The position numbers and the translations under genes are program-made. DNA of 64,000 bases from Eledone cirrhosa. Its lineage: Eukaryota. Within the stretch, counting starts at the first letter, position 1; every line of letters starts with the position of its first letter. Below, piece by piece: positions 1-13,437 of this stretch. The notes below the pieces were generated by a model. The model was not told where the DNA came from, made no database searches, and worked only from the letters and a program-made list of their open reading frames with translations. The DNA lies in assembly GCA_964016885.1 (NCBI GenBank), contig OZ024740.1:186682001-186746000 (forward strand). The letters run 5' to 3'.

Positions 1-33
1 TATAATACCACTAGAAACATTATCTATTCAACG

Positions 34-130
34 TTGACTTTGCCGTTCATCCTTATGGGGTCGATAAAATAAAGTACCAGTAATGCACTGGGTAATTGCT
101 GGCCTTGTGCCAAAAAGTAGAAAGAATTAT
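34..130 (+). mobile_element. 3' half of tRNA-derived SINE (family A, Meta-domain-like core)
   Basis: TTGACTTTGCC.TTCATCCTTA.GGGGTCGATAAAATAAAGTACCAG core, near-identical to copies at 1270-1452, 26297-26443 and 36197-36370. Confidence 0.8.
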
Positions 131-869
131 TATCTTTGTTTTATCATGTTTTATTTACTGGCATGGGCTGGATGAGAATTTTTGAGGCAGTATTTTATGG
201 TTGAATGCCCTTCTAGATGCCAACCCTTTTAGTCATCTCTTATAACATACAAAACTCAGTGTACCTATACATGGTAAAGAATAATACAGTCTCAGATATG
301 CAAAGCTTAGAAAAGAACATGATAGTCAGTCATTGCTGGAATTCCTTATCCTAGGTCTGTTCAAACCAAACGGTAAATTTGGGTAGAGAAAAGTAAAGAA
401 AATTTTAAACATTCACATATTATTGCTTTGACTTGAAAGTTGAAGCCAGTTTTCTTTTACTGTTTTTTAGAAACTTCATCAGGTGATTTAAACTTTGAGT
501 GGACAACCACTGATGTAGTGACTGTATTTGTTGACTTCTGCCAATAATTTTAAAACTATTTAAATAAATGGTTGCCATCTCTTTTAAACCAGCTTGCACT
601 ATTATTTTATCAAGAACTTTACAACCAGAAAAAAAATAATTCTATCAACAATAAAATCATAAATATTTTATTTAAACTGTGAAATCTTTAGTCAAATAGT
701 AAAGATTTTAAAAAAAATGTAGTATTATTTTTAAAAAAATAGATGTTTCAAAAAGTAAAACTATATAAAAAAATACAATCTCATTCATTTAATTTTTAGT
801 TTTATTCTTTTCTGAGAAATTAATGGTTTCTGATTTACGCACAAGGCCAACAATTTTGATGCTTTATTT

Positions 870-1002
870 CTTTATTTTATTGACCCCATAAGGATGAAAC
901 GAAAGCTAACCACAATGGGATTTGAACTCACAATGTAATGGGACATAACTATATGGTGCAAAACATGTCTAATGTTCTATCAATACTACCAATCCACTGC
1001 CT
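870..1002 (-). mobile_element. Decayed SINE family A copy
   Basis: Reverse complement of core (TTTTATTGACCCCATAAGGATGAAA...GGGATTTGAACTC) including B-box. Confidence 0.6.
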
Positions 1003-1269
1003 TATTTTCTTAAGAAATTAATGAAATCAACGTTGAATAGATAATGTTTCTAGTGGTATTATAAGTAAAATATACTAAATAAAATTCAAAGATATTTGCT
1101 TAAGACACATTCTGATTTTAAACCAAGCAACAGATTAAGGCTACCATGTAAGTTGGCAGCTGCGGCATTGGAACTTAGAATGCACAGAGGCAGGAACAAA
1201 TGCTTCAAAGCATCTTGTTCAATTCTCTAACAATTCTGTCAATCTCCAGCCCTGGAGTTGTACATTGGT

Positions 1270-1452
1270 GGATTGGCAGTATTGGTAGAGGGTCGGACGC
1301 CATGCTTTCCAGCATAGTTACATCCCTTTACGATCTGAGTTCAAATCTTGCCGAGGTTGACTTTGCCTTTCATCCTTACGGGGTCAATAAAATAAAGTAC
1401 CACTAATGCACTGGGTAATTTGCTGGCCTTGTGCCTAAAGTAGAAACAATTA
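1270..1452 (+). mobile_element. Near full-length tRNA-derived SINE, family A
   Basis: A-box-like TGGCAGTATTGG, B-box-like GAGTTCAAATC, conserved core, AT-rich tail; multiple copies in window. Confidence 0.85.
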
Positions 1453-2839
1453 TTTTATCTTCCTCAGAAGGATGGTAGGAGTTAAGCTTTGAATACAGAG
1501 TGATATTTTGTCCAATGTTCTAAGAACTCTGCCTTTCACCACAATGTAACCTTCAGCTTGACTGGGGCATTGTATAACTAGAAAAAGGGAGTTGTGAGTT
1601 GAGCCTAGGGATTGCTTGATCAGATCTCACTTTTTTCTAATTTGTTCTTTATCAACAAATCATTTAAATTAAATAAATACATATGTTATTACAGCATTTA
1701 AATTTGCTTTATATTAACACAACACAGACTTATGGAATATATGGTATTAGTTGGTTTGTAAGAATAAGGCATTCAGTACTAAAACAAAATTTTAATTATG
1801 ATTACAGATAGCTAAATGTTGTGTAGATGTTCTATCATCACTCAGCTTTCTTTTATTCATTTGGATATTTTTCATAAGAATATTTGTTCCAAGGGCTCTC
1901 CTTTGAAATAGTCTCAAAGGACAATCACATCAATTCATTATTGGAGATGTTATCTCTTATTTAGATATGGTGCGCCTCAAGATTCAGTTTTGTGTTAGCC
2001 AGTATTCATTGCTGTTTAGGATATGATACATTATTGAAGTATGATCTAAAGCTGCTGGCTGTACAGATGATCACAGCAGATTTTCAATATTCTCATCTAC
2101 TTTCAAATATGGTGTACCATGTAACAAATTAACTAAAATGTCTCATTAGAAATTGAATTGCCAATCTCCTTGAGATTAATCAATTGAAAATGAAAACTGA
2201 AATTGCAATATTCTGTGATAAGTCTTTTCAAATATAAGTGCAGATAAATTTGCATCGTAAACTTGACTAAATCAATGAAAGAAGTATTGTGTTAGTGCTG
2301 TTTAGGTGCCAATGTTTGAAGGTAACAGTGATTAATTGATCAAGATGACCAAAGATTTGGAAAAGATTAACACAACCCACTCCAACAGGATTTGATCTCA
2401 GAAAATACAAAAATGACTCCTGAATGAATTTAAAATATAAGGTATATTGTTTTAATAAACATACAATTTATCCTCAGGGAAAAGTTCGAGGAAATGACTT
2501 ACTTCTCCAATTAACATGTAAGTATCTATACTTAATGTAATTCTCAGGCAGATTAAGCATGATACAATGAGTGACAAGGCTGGGTCTTTGAGGTAGAGGC
2601 ACAATCAATTTGATGGGCATCCACACAGTTTCCATGTACCTGATTTCCACTTAAGATTTTGGTCAACCAAAGATGATCATATTAAACATTTTTCCAAGAT
2701 GTCATCAAGTGGAACCAAACCACAAACCTCATGATTGTGGATCAAACTTTTTAATCATTTGACCAGGCTTCATCTGTGTTAAATATTACAGTATAACTAT
2801 ATTTTCTTTTTCTTTTGTTTTTAGTATATAAAATATAAA

Positions 2840-3000
2840 AAGGCAGTGAATTGGCAGATTCCTTAGAACATTGAATAGAATGCTTTGTGATGTACATTCC
2901 GACTCCCTGCTCCCTGAGTTCAAATCCAACTGAGGTTAACTTTGCCTTTCATCCATTGAAGGTCGATAAAAATAGTACTGGTCTTGTACTGGGGTCAATT
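2840..3000 (+). mobile_element. SINE family A, older copy
   Basis: GGCAGTGAATTGGCAG head, GAGTTCAAATCC, TTTGCCTTTCATCC..GGTCGATAAAA core. Confidence 0.7.
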
Positions 3001-3659
3001 CTTCCTCTAGATCTCTTTCTCACATCTCTCTCTCTCACTCTCTATCCTTCTCTGTAAGAAATGTATTATATTTAGACCTGACAGCAGATAGGCTCCTCGA
3101 GGCTAAAGTGCCGAAGAAATGTTACATGTCGATGTGGTACTCAACGACTCAATCAGGAGTTATGGGTCCAATATATAAATTATGCTTCAAATATAACCAT
3201 ATGATATAAATTATGCTTCAAATGAAACTTTCTTTCAGAATCCTTTCATAATCTTCTCTGCACAATTATTTAGCTGTACTGAAATTATGCGTAAAATTTA
3301 TTAGATTAATCTTTGCACTTAAGACTCTAGAAGTCATCCTATCTAGTTTTCATGCAGAATATCTAGTTTGGGTCTCCTCTTATATTTCATATAATCATCA
3401 GATATAATCCTCTTATATCAGCCTCATTGCTATTAATAATGATTCTTTAGACTGCTGCCAAAAAATATTTTAGCTGGTAAATAAACAGGATATTTAAAGC
3501 AAAAAGATAAAACTATGTATTCCTGATGGATGGATTAAGTCTCTGTACGTAGATACATAAACAAACACACACATATATACACACATCTTTATGTAATTTT
3601 CTTTTACACTTCATATATCATCCTTTTACATTCTAGCTAAGCCCATTTTCTCTCATGCA

Positions 3660-3727
<68 letters not shown>

Positions 3728-4529
3728 TTGGTTCCACAACAAATTACCAAACACTACTCAAGCATGCACGTTACACTAAGCAGATTTATATATATATGTA
3801 TATATATATATATATAAATATATATATATACAGAGGCAGCAGCAATTTAATAGATATCCTTAAAAGCCACTGATTTTACAACCAATCAAAGATAATTTGA
3901 AGAAGAAAAAACAAATGAAATGTTCATTATCAGCCGCAGAAACAATTTAGGAATATATATACCATTATAAATACATACACCTATGCATACATAAAAGATA
4001 CACAGACATACACACACACATACATATATATTGGTTTTCTCTCTTTTCCTGTGTGAACATGGCACAAATGTGCCAGTAGCAGTTGAGAATGCCAGATAAT
4101 ATGTGTATGTATATATATATATAGTTGTCTTTAATTGTTTATTTGATTGTGTGTTGCGTCCGCACATTCTCAATTGAACGACTAGGGACTGAGCGATATT
4201 AAGCACTCTACGGGAAGATTTCTACAGGTGGATGCCAACAGTGATAAGGAATCATGAAGAATACAATAGATTAGTGTTATACACATGAAATATAAGACAG
4301 CAGTTTGTGATTACATACTTAAATTTATTCCGTTATTTGCATCTCCACAATGACTGCATAATGTTACATAATCGTAACTGAACCTGCCTGGATTCATCAG
4401 ATAGTATTTTGCATTTAAGCAGAGGTTATTGAAAAATTGCGAAGTTATGTTTAAATGAAAGACATGTGTCCATTGTGGTGTGTGTTTACTTAGCTTAGCA
4501 AATGCATACATATATACAAATATATATAT

Positions 4530-4782
4530 CATCATATTCATTTTAATGTCTGCTTTCCCCAGCTAGCAAGGTTTGGACGGCTCTACAAAGATCAAGTTGG
4601 TACTGAAGAGGAGCCATTGATCTCCTAGGCAAGCCAGAGACCTGAGTTTCACTTTATCTATGGTCGATGCTTCACTGTGTGCACTGGAGAGGTTGTCATG
4701 TCTTTGACACAACTGAGGGTCCCCCTGACACTTTTGTTTGGCAAACTTCCTACTGCTGCATGCCCTTCTATCACCAACCACT
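4530..4782 (-). mobile_element. Non-autonomous element with RTE-type 3' tail
   Basis: Similar to 5385-5700 (-) and 8580-8825 (+); shares CTGGATGCCCTTCCTA motif and RTE-like tail. Confidence 0.65.
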
Positions 4783-4886
4783 ATATATATATATATACAC
4801 ATACATATAATTATATATACACACACACATATATATAATTATATATACACACACACATATATATAATCATATGTATATATATATAA

Positions 4887-4982
4887 ATATATGAATGTAT
4901 ATATAGTGTATTTTGCAATACACTGTATGCTTAATTAAGCATACAGTGTATTCCAAAATACACTATATATACATTCATATAT
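4887..4982. repeat. 96-bp palindrome centred on TTAATTAA
   Basis: 48-bp arms, no spacer, one mismatch; right arm is repeated directly at 5251-5333. Confidence 0.9.
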
Positions 4983-5384
4983 ATATAGCTATTTCAGAGC
5001 ACCAATTCTAATTTTCAATTTCTGCTTGACCGGCAACCGCTCTGTATAATCAGTTCCTGATTATTTACTAGAATTCTATAAGAACCAAACATCCATGATT
5101 TTAGCAAACAGGAGGAGTAGTTGGCTTTGATAAGCATCAATAAATGCAAAACAAGGCCTTGTCAGCTTTATCTCCCCCTATTTGCTGAAAATTAAAGTAA
5201 GTGAGCATGTCACTACTCTAAAACAATAGCATAAGGTCTTCGAAATGCTTTTAATTAAGCATACAGTGTATTGCAAAATACACTATATATACATTCATAT
5301 ATATATAGAGCTATTTCAGAGCACCAATTCTAATATATATACATATATATGTGTGTGTATATATATATTATATATACACACATC

Positions 5385-5700
5385 ACAATCATCATCTTTA
5401 ACATCCATTTTTCCTGCTAGCAATGTTTGGAAGGTTTGTCACAGTACTTACTTGGAACGCTTGACCCCTCAGACCTTTCAGAGCAGCGTCTTTCTTACAT
5501 ATGTTCATGAAAACTATAGAGTATGCCAGGCGCATTTTATTGTGACACCATTACTAGAGAGGGTTTCATGTCTTTGGCACAATTGAAGAGTCCTTAGGAC
5601 CCTTTGTTTGACAAGTTTACTGCAACTGGATACCCTTCCTATCACCAACCACTTTATGGAGTGTAGTAGGTGTATGTTATAATGCCAGCAACACTACAAT
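5385..5700 (-). mobile_element. Non-autonomous element with RTE-type 3' tail
   Basis: ATCATCATC-TTTAACATCCATTTTTCC tail (reverse complement); similar to 4530-4782. Confidence 0.65.
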
Positions 5701-6299
5701 TATTGCTGTGCTCTTCAAATAGCTTGCTTAGTATTTTTATAAATTTGTTAAACTTATATCTACTTAATCTTTACATCATATGATTAAGAGGTTTAAATCT
5801 TAAATCTGCCAACTACCATTTCAGACTCCTCGATTTATTATCAGAATATAAAACCAAAAAATGATGGCATGATGTGATATGAGACATAGATTTAATTTAA
5901 TTTTTTTTTTTTATTATTTCATGAAAAATGATTAGGGGTTAACAAAATATCCTTAATTGAGAGATCCATGAGCAAAAAACATTCAAAACAGTACCATGCT
6001 GTGTGTATAGTATCTAGGTCTATATTATGTAATGTATTCCTTCCTTATTCAAGATATATGGTGTGATATAGAAGTTTCCTACTTCAAGCTTCCATACATA
6101 TAGGCATGGCTGTGAAGCCAAGTAGGATTTACAGACATGTTGTTTTGGTTTTGATCCTTGAACCAGTATTTTCATACAAATCTTTTGGTTGACTAATGGC
6201 TTGTGATAAAAGTTTGGCTGCTCTTCTTGTTGTATAGTTTTGATCTAGATAAATCTGATCGAGAAAATACCCTTTAACATTTACATTACTATTCATTTT

Positions 6300-6938
6300 T
6301 TAACCCTTTAACATTTACATTACTATTCATTATCATCATCATCATCATCGTTTAACGTCCATGTTCCACGCTTGCATGGGTTTGGACGGGAGTTTTCCCA
6401 CTTGAGGCAAGAGTGGTTGTCTTGCTCGCATAGGACTGTCTGGCAGGTTTTCTATGGCTGGATGCCCTTCCTAACACCAACCACGTTTACAGTGTGGACT
6501 AGGAGGTTTTTACCGTGTTGCCTACACAGCCACATTACAGCATGGACTGTGTGTTTTTTGTCGTGACACCTACACGATCTCATTTGTTTCGGCCTGGATG
6601 TTGTGGCACCAACATAACTTTACATTGAAAGGGACGGTGTGGATGGGGTGGGGGTGGGGGGGGGTATTTTGTTAGAGATGCCTGCTGCCTGTAGTAGGTT
6701 TTACTTTGTATTTAGGTAAGGCGGGTCTTCTCAATTATATTTACTATTGTATCTTTGTGGTAAAGGCTTTACCTCACATAATTATCTCACATAATATCGA
6801 ATCTACAAGCTTTTGATGTTATTTATTTTGAGAAGAACACCTTAATATAAGTATGAGTGATTAGTTATGGCCAGTTTGAACAGAAAGAAGTGAGAGAATT
6901 CTGGCCGGATAGGGCCGGTTTAAATGCTAAAGGATTAA
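6300..6938. mobile_element. piggyBac-like MITE interrupted by an RTE 3' fragment
   Basis: Ends TTAA-CCCTTTAACATTTA ... TAAATGCTAAAGGA-TTAA form an imperfect TIR with TTAA TSD. Confidence 0.65.
6332..6733 (-). mobile_element. 5'-truncated RTE 3' UTR with (GAT)n tail
   Basis: Reverse complement aligns along its length with 14657-15047. Confidence 0.9.
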
Positions 6939-8204
6939 GGAGAGAAGTGGGTATTTTCTGGAATATTGCTTTCTATTTCTAACAAGGCAAGTTACAATGT
7001 AGAAGTTCCATGGCTAAATTCATTGGATATGTTTATATATGTGAATCATCTATATATGTATATATTGTTCGGCAATGTATATCAGCAAAAGATGTACACA
7101 TTGGCAAGAAAATCAATAAAACAAGTTCATTCAAATATAAATATCTCTCAGTATTTATTCCACCCAAGTGGCACAGACACTTCTTTGCCACTGTTCCCAT
7201 AGGAAATGTAATAAAACAGTGATTGATCCATTGGAAACTTATAACTAATGACACTATTATTCACAAAATGTATGATGTAAAATAAAAATAATTGAATAAA
7301 ATATCTAGAGGCTTCATCGTTATCACATTTTGTTTTATGAGATAAGAGTTGAAATATATTAAGGCGGACACTTTGGCAGATACAGTAGAATGTTGTGTTA
7401 TTTGTTTCACTTCTTTGGGCTTCAAGTTCAACTTCCACTGAGATTAGCTTTGGCTTTCTTCTTTTGGGATTGATAAAGAAAGTACGAGCCCAGTGCTTGT
7501 GCAGCCATCTCTTCCACTGGCTGCCACATCCTGGCTTTACTGCAGTATCAAGTATGGTCAGTCAAAAGGTTGTTTGTGTCTGCTCAGAACTAACATGGAT
7601 ATCTAAAGCCATTAACGAAAGTATAGTACATATTACCACCTAGACCTTGATGATTAGTTTATTTGAAACATAAGAGAATAGATAGCCAAATCAACAGATT
7701 AACAACAATGTTAAATGTAAGAGGTCCATATCTAATGGTTGGTATGGCAGTAAATTGTAACACTTAACTTTTACCTGGTTCAAGCAACCTGTCTGTAAAT
7801 AGGATCAATTCACCACAGTAAGCAGTGGAAGCAGTATAGAATTAACAAGTATTTGTTAGCTTGCGCAGCTAGCTTGCAATCATCCTGTAAGTTTAGTCCA
7901 GAAATTGATTGAATAATCTCAAGAACACATACACTATATGAAGATGGAATATTCAGTGATAAACATATTACATACGGAGTGATGCACAACCTTTTTTTCA
8001 TGGGATTCATAAAGTTTATCAGGAAAATTTCATGGACCACCATATATAAATTTAATTGCATTTGCAACGTGCAAAAAATGGGACATAAACCTCACTGTGG
8101 ATCACCAAAACTTTGATATGAAACACTTCTGGTCCACCTGAACCACATGTGGTAACTCTGGCTTTAGAAACACGCAAGCTGCATATATTATTGCTCAACC
8201 CAAA

Positions 8205-8352
8205 TTGAGTAGATATGTTATTGTTCAGCTCAAAACAGAGCCCTGAATAAGCAGATATTTTATTGTTCAATGTTATTGTTCAACTCAAATAGAACCTGAT
8301 AGAGCAGACGTTATTGTTCAACTCAAATAGAACCTGATAAAGCAAATATGTT
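8205..8352. repeat. Short minisatellite, ~37-38-bp unit
   Basis: TGTTATTGTTCAACTCAAATAGAACCTGATA.AGCA.A repeated 3-4 times. Confidence 0.8.
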
Positions 8353-9559
8353 TTCAAAGGCATTCCTATTAAGATTATCTGGTTTGTTGATCATTCATAC
8401 TTTATATAAATAGAATATATTATTGAATGTGAGCTTGAAGGAGATTTGGATGTTATTTCTTACAGGTCAAATGATAATGTTGAGGCTTTCTTGTCTATAG
8501 TTGATAAAAAATGATACTATTTCTTGAAATTGTTTTCAAATACTTAAGGATTTTGTGTAATTGTATTAAATATAATAAGAAGGGCATCCGGCCCTCGGAG
8601 GCTTGCCAAACAAAGGTTTGGGAGGACCCTCAGTTGTGTCAAAGGCATGACAACTTCTCCTGTGCATTTGGTAGAATGTGAAACCATACACAAATGAGAT
8701 GCAAATCCATGGCCTGTGTGGGAGATCAATAGCCCTACTTCAGTACTGTATTGGTCTATGTAAACTTGTCCAAACCTTGCTAACAGGAAATGTGGATGTT
8801 AAAATCATGATGATGATGTTGATGATATATATATTCTCACATTAAAATTTTGAAGTTAGCAGAAATGCAATAATTTTATAAATCAAAACTGGGGAGTGGT
8901 ATTTTGAAATCGAAATTTGAACTCAAATTGAAATTCAAATAAATCAATAGCAACTCATTGAGTTGTTAATTATATCAAAAGGATTTCATATAATTAAAAA
9001 TTTAATGACTTGAAACTTTTTTAGCTTGTTTTTCTAAGAAATATTAAAATATTACTAAGGAATTTCCAATATGTGTTGGGAGTGTTTTGATGTTGGGTGA
9101 TGTAATGGTATAAATGAAAAAATAGGATAGCTGAGTAAATGAGGTCAGGAGTTCAAACCTGCTGCAAGCATTCCATTGTTTCTTTATATCTTTGATTCTT
9201 TTATTGGTTTATTGCCATGCTAAGCTACCAATTTCTTGATATTTAGTCAATACAATTGATCCCAGTATTTATTTCAATCTGGTACTTTATTGATCTTCAT
9301 TTAACAAATAGCTAAGTATTTCACATAAAGGGATACAACTAATTTAAACTGAGAGACATAAACACTAATTGCTTTTCACTGTTTCTTGCCACAACCATAT
9401 AATTCTTTTCTAAACAAACTATAAAACATATATACATCCAAATACTACTGTTTGATAATGAAATATAAATAGCTTATTCAAGGGAATAAATTAACAGTTT
9501 ATTTGAACATTCTTTTCATATAACTAAAGTTGGCTTGTGGGAGCAGTGCAAACTATGTA

Positions 9560-10743
9560 CAGAGGAGCTGTCAATAAAGAGAGTAGGAAGTGAGTTTAGT
9601 GAGGAATTCAAGGTACAGGTAGGAGTTCATCAAGGTTCAGTTCTTAGCTCAATGCTGTTTATCATGGTTCTTTAAGCCATAACAGAGGTGTTTAAAATGG
9701 GCTGTCCATGGGAACTTCTCTATGCAGATGATTTGGTCCTTATAGCTGAAACCGCAAAAAAGAACTTGAAAATAAATTTTCATTACGGAAACTGAATATG
9801 GAATCAAAATGTCTGAGAGAAAACTTGACCATAACTAAAGCGCTAGTGAGTAGGAATGAAGATAAGACCCAGATTCCTTCAGGGAAGTGGCCCTGCTCAA
9901 TATGTAGAAAAGGAGTAAGCATAAACTCCTTACAATGTACAATGTCATAACAAGTAGACTAACAGGAAAAGAGAACTTTACATGTAGAAGATACACAGGA
10001 GTAATTGAGAAAAAGAATGCCAATGATACATACTTTTTCCAATCACAGGAAGGGTCCCTAGATGTGGTTCATAGCTTCTTCTATCTATCTGACTTAATTA
10101 GCAATGGAGGAGTGTGTGCCAAGATTATAATAGGATAGGATGGAAGAAGTTTAGAGAACTTCCCCCACTGTTAACAATGAACGGTTTATCCCTAGGTCCA
10201 ACAGGAAAGCTGAATGATACCTGTGTGGGAAGTGCTATGTTGCATGGTTGTAAAACCTGAGCTGTGACTGCAGAGCACATGCATAGACTAGAGAGAAATG
10301 AAGCGACCATGCTTCGTTTGATATGCAATGTAAGTGTGAGAGAAAGGCAGAGCTTGGACGAGCTGAGTGAGGAGCTAGGTTTAAGAGGAATCAAAGGTGG
10401 TGTGCAGGGAAGCTTGGATGAACTGAGGGAGAAGCTGGGTTTAAGAAGAATCTGATGTGGTGTGCAGGATAGAAGACTGCATTGGTATGGATATGTGATG
10501 CACATGGACAATGACTGTTGGGTGAAGAAATGCCAAGAAATCCCAGTGGCAGGAAGCCGCAGTTGAGGAAGACCAAGAAAGACCAGGGCAGAAGTTGTGA
10601 GGCTGACCTCAAATCGCCAAGACTGGCTGAAGAGATGAGGAAGGAATGCGATGAATAAAGAGATGCCATGCTGTGAAAGACCCGTCCAAATCATGCAAGC
10701 ATAGGAAAATAGACGTATAAATGACAATGATGATGATGATGAT
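9560..10743 (+). pseudogene. Decayed RTE LINE 3' part (RT with PHD remnant), related to the 13438 element
   Basis: Translates in pieces to [54 protein letters not shown]; frameshifts, stops, internal tandem duplication near 10340-10470, (GAT)n tail. Confidence 0.9.
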
Positions 10744-11324
10744 AATTGGCTTCTGCATATATTTTGTCTCGAAAGTTAGGTTTCAAATGGCATTGATTGC
10801 TCTGATCCTATAGTAGATGGTGTACAGTATGATGGAATCTAGAATTACACATTTGTGAATCAAACCTCATAACCGTAAAAACAAGCTTAAATTCTTGCAG
10901 GTTTTTCTGAAAGAATTTAAATGTTAAGTAATATTTAAATAAATAAATAAATAAAAGTAATAGCTTAGAATGTTTTTTATAAACAAAATATTTTTTTAAA
11001 CAAGAATTTGAAAATAAAAAACAAAAATCTCTGTGAGGTGGAATCAAATCACAGTGCACTTAGCTGCAGAACAAACACAATTCTTATTCTCTTTACACCA
11101 GGGACTATATAACTTCATTCTCTCAAATTAAGATGCCAATAGAAGCGAGATCTCACTGGTTCATATTCCCATCACTGGGTTGGTTATTGTTACTTTCAAA
11201 TGAATATAATTTAATATTATTTCTTTTGCATGTGTAATTTTATCTTTACAAGTAAAAGAGCACCAAGAAATTGTGTAATGTTTATATTTATTGTGAATCT
11301 ACTGCTCTTCAGTTTCACTCACAT

Positions 11325-11884
11325 AAGTAAGGCAAGGTGTGGACAACAGACCCAACCTCCCTCATAATGGGACTATGATGTGGGCAGGATACAGCATGGC
11401 TGACTGGCCAAAACCTCCTCATAAGGGCTCCGCTATGCGTAAGGCTTGGTGCAGCCAACTGAGACCACCCTGAACCCACAACACAGTAGTAAAAGTCCTG
11501 ATATTTTCCAAGGTATGGTGTGATCATCTGGTCAGACTTGGCGCATAACAGGACCAGCAAGTAACATGGCTTCACTATGAATAAAGCTTGGAACAGCCAT
11601 AGTGGGACCACCCAGCCCTCAAACTATGGTTCCATTGTAAGCAGGGTAAGGTGTAACCAACTGGTCTGTCCCTCCTCATAACGGTGCCATCCAATCCCCC
11701 ACGGTAAACATGGTTGGTGTTTGGAAGGGCATCCAGCTGTAAAAATCCCAGCCAAATTTGCAGTTCCGTCTGAGCAAGATACAGTATGGCCTACTGGCCA
11801 AACTGGTCTCATGACGTGATTGACACGTCTAACCTATGCAAGCATGGAAAATGGATGTTAAACGGTGATGATGATGATGATGAT
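11325..11884 (+). mobile_element. GC-rich non-autonomous element with RTE-type tail
   Basis: GGAAGGGCATCCAGCTGTAAAA motif and CCTATGCAAGCATGGAAAATGGATGTTAAACG(GAT)n tail; internal repeat of GCA.GATACAG.ATGGC..ACTGGCCAAA. Confidence 0.7.
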
Positions 11885-11944
11885 ATATATATATACACAC
11901 ACTCATATATATATATATACCTACATATACACACACACACACAT

Positions 11945-11977
<33 letters not shown>

Positions 11978-12639
11978 ATATAGATATATATAAACTCATA
12001 AAAATTTACTTCGTCATATGTTTCTGTTTAACATTTTTAAACATTAATGGCTTTGGATAAATCTGTCACTTCTTATGATAAGTTCAAAGAAAACTGAAAG
12101 AAAGAAAAGTATATTTCTGGTTTTATTTCATAATACCACCATTCTTTTGAATATACTTAAAAAACCAGCGAAATCACTGTTTGGAAATCAAAATAATTGG
12201 CTGAAATTCTTTTTAGGTTTGCCTACCTTGTTTTATTATAACTACTATTATTACATTTTTTTTTTCATCATTTTTTTTTGTTTCTTTTTACATAACTATT
12301 TTCTGTCAAGATATGTGATTTATATTATAATAGAAAGATTATAAACGCAGTGTTGCAGAATGTAGAGTGATAACATCTTTAGTTTGTCACTGTATGGCTA
12401 ACACACTTCTATCACCTGTACAAGATTCTAGTTATGTATATTTCATTTTGTTTCATTCTTATTTCTATTAAATAGTTTTCATCCACATTTCTTCACATGG
12501 ATGGGTCACATGTGTATGCATGTGTGTGTATTATGTATGTGTGTGATTATGTATGTGTGTATGCATGTATGTATGTGGATTGCTTTGCAGCTTAATGTAT
12601 TGCCTTCAGTCTGAAAGCAGCGTACCTGACACAGGCATC

Positions 12640-13060
12640 ATGTAAGAACAGGATGCACCAGTATGAAGTCAATCATTATAACCATTCTAATACAATGGGC
12701 AGGCCATGGTGTTCATTTGCATGATGATAGGCTTCCAAAGCAAATCTTTATGGTCAGCTACATGCTGGAATATTCTCTCAGCATAAGCCTAGGAAAAGAT
12801 ATAACAATCATCAAAAGCAATCTAAGCAAGCTTCAGATTGATGTTCAGAACTGGGAAGAACTTGTTACAGAGAAAGCTTATTGTGGAAGTCTGGGAAATA
12901 TTTGAAGAGTAACATTAAACATGAAACCTTTAAGTGGGAATTTAGAAGGAGCTATCTTCAGAATCTCAATCAGAACATAAAGAACCAGAAATGTCAATCA
13001 TGCAGGCATGTTTTACTTTCTAAAGCTGGATATGACACATCAATGGTCTCATGTTTTGTG
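12640..13060 (+). pseudogene. Decayed C-terminus of a second RTE family
   Basis: QWAGHGVHLHDDRLPKQIF ... IDVQNWEELVTEK and a downstream CQSC..LLSKAG zinc-finger-like remnant. Confidence 0.7.
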
Positions 13061-13294
13061 AAAGACCAACAGTGTACAGATTCCTTCCTCCTAGACCAAA
13101 TTAGTCTAACAAATTGGGAATAAAAGGCCCTGAATGGAAAAAGTTGACAGCATCACCAATGGGACTCAGAATGTCCAGCATATGGTAGATGTGAGTTCAA
13201 GTCCTACAGGCAACAATGTCAATTTTTTCTATTCAGGAACTTTTATGCCCAGTTTGTTAGACTATTTTTCATTGTAAAAAGAAATACAGTGAAG

Positions 13295-13368
<74 letters not shown>

Positions 13369-13371
13369 GCT

Positions 13372-13407
<36 letters not shown>

Positions 13408-13437
13408 GCTTATATATATATATATATACACATACTG

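Noticed and set aside
3071-3210. CpG-containing open frame after an AG
   Set aside because: No convincing donor or recognisable protein; ends in a local tandem duplication
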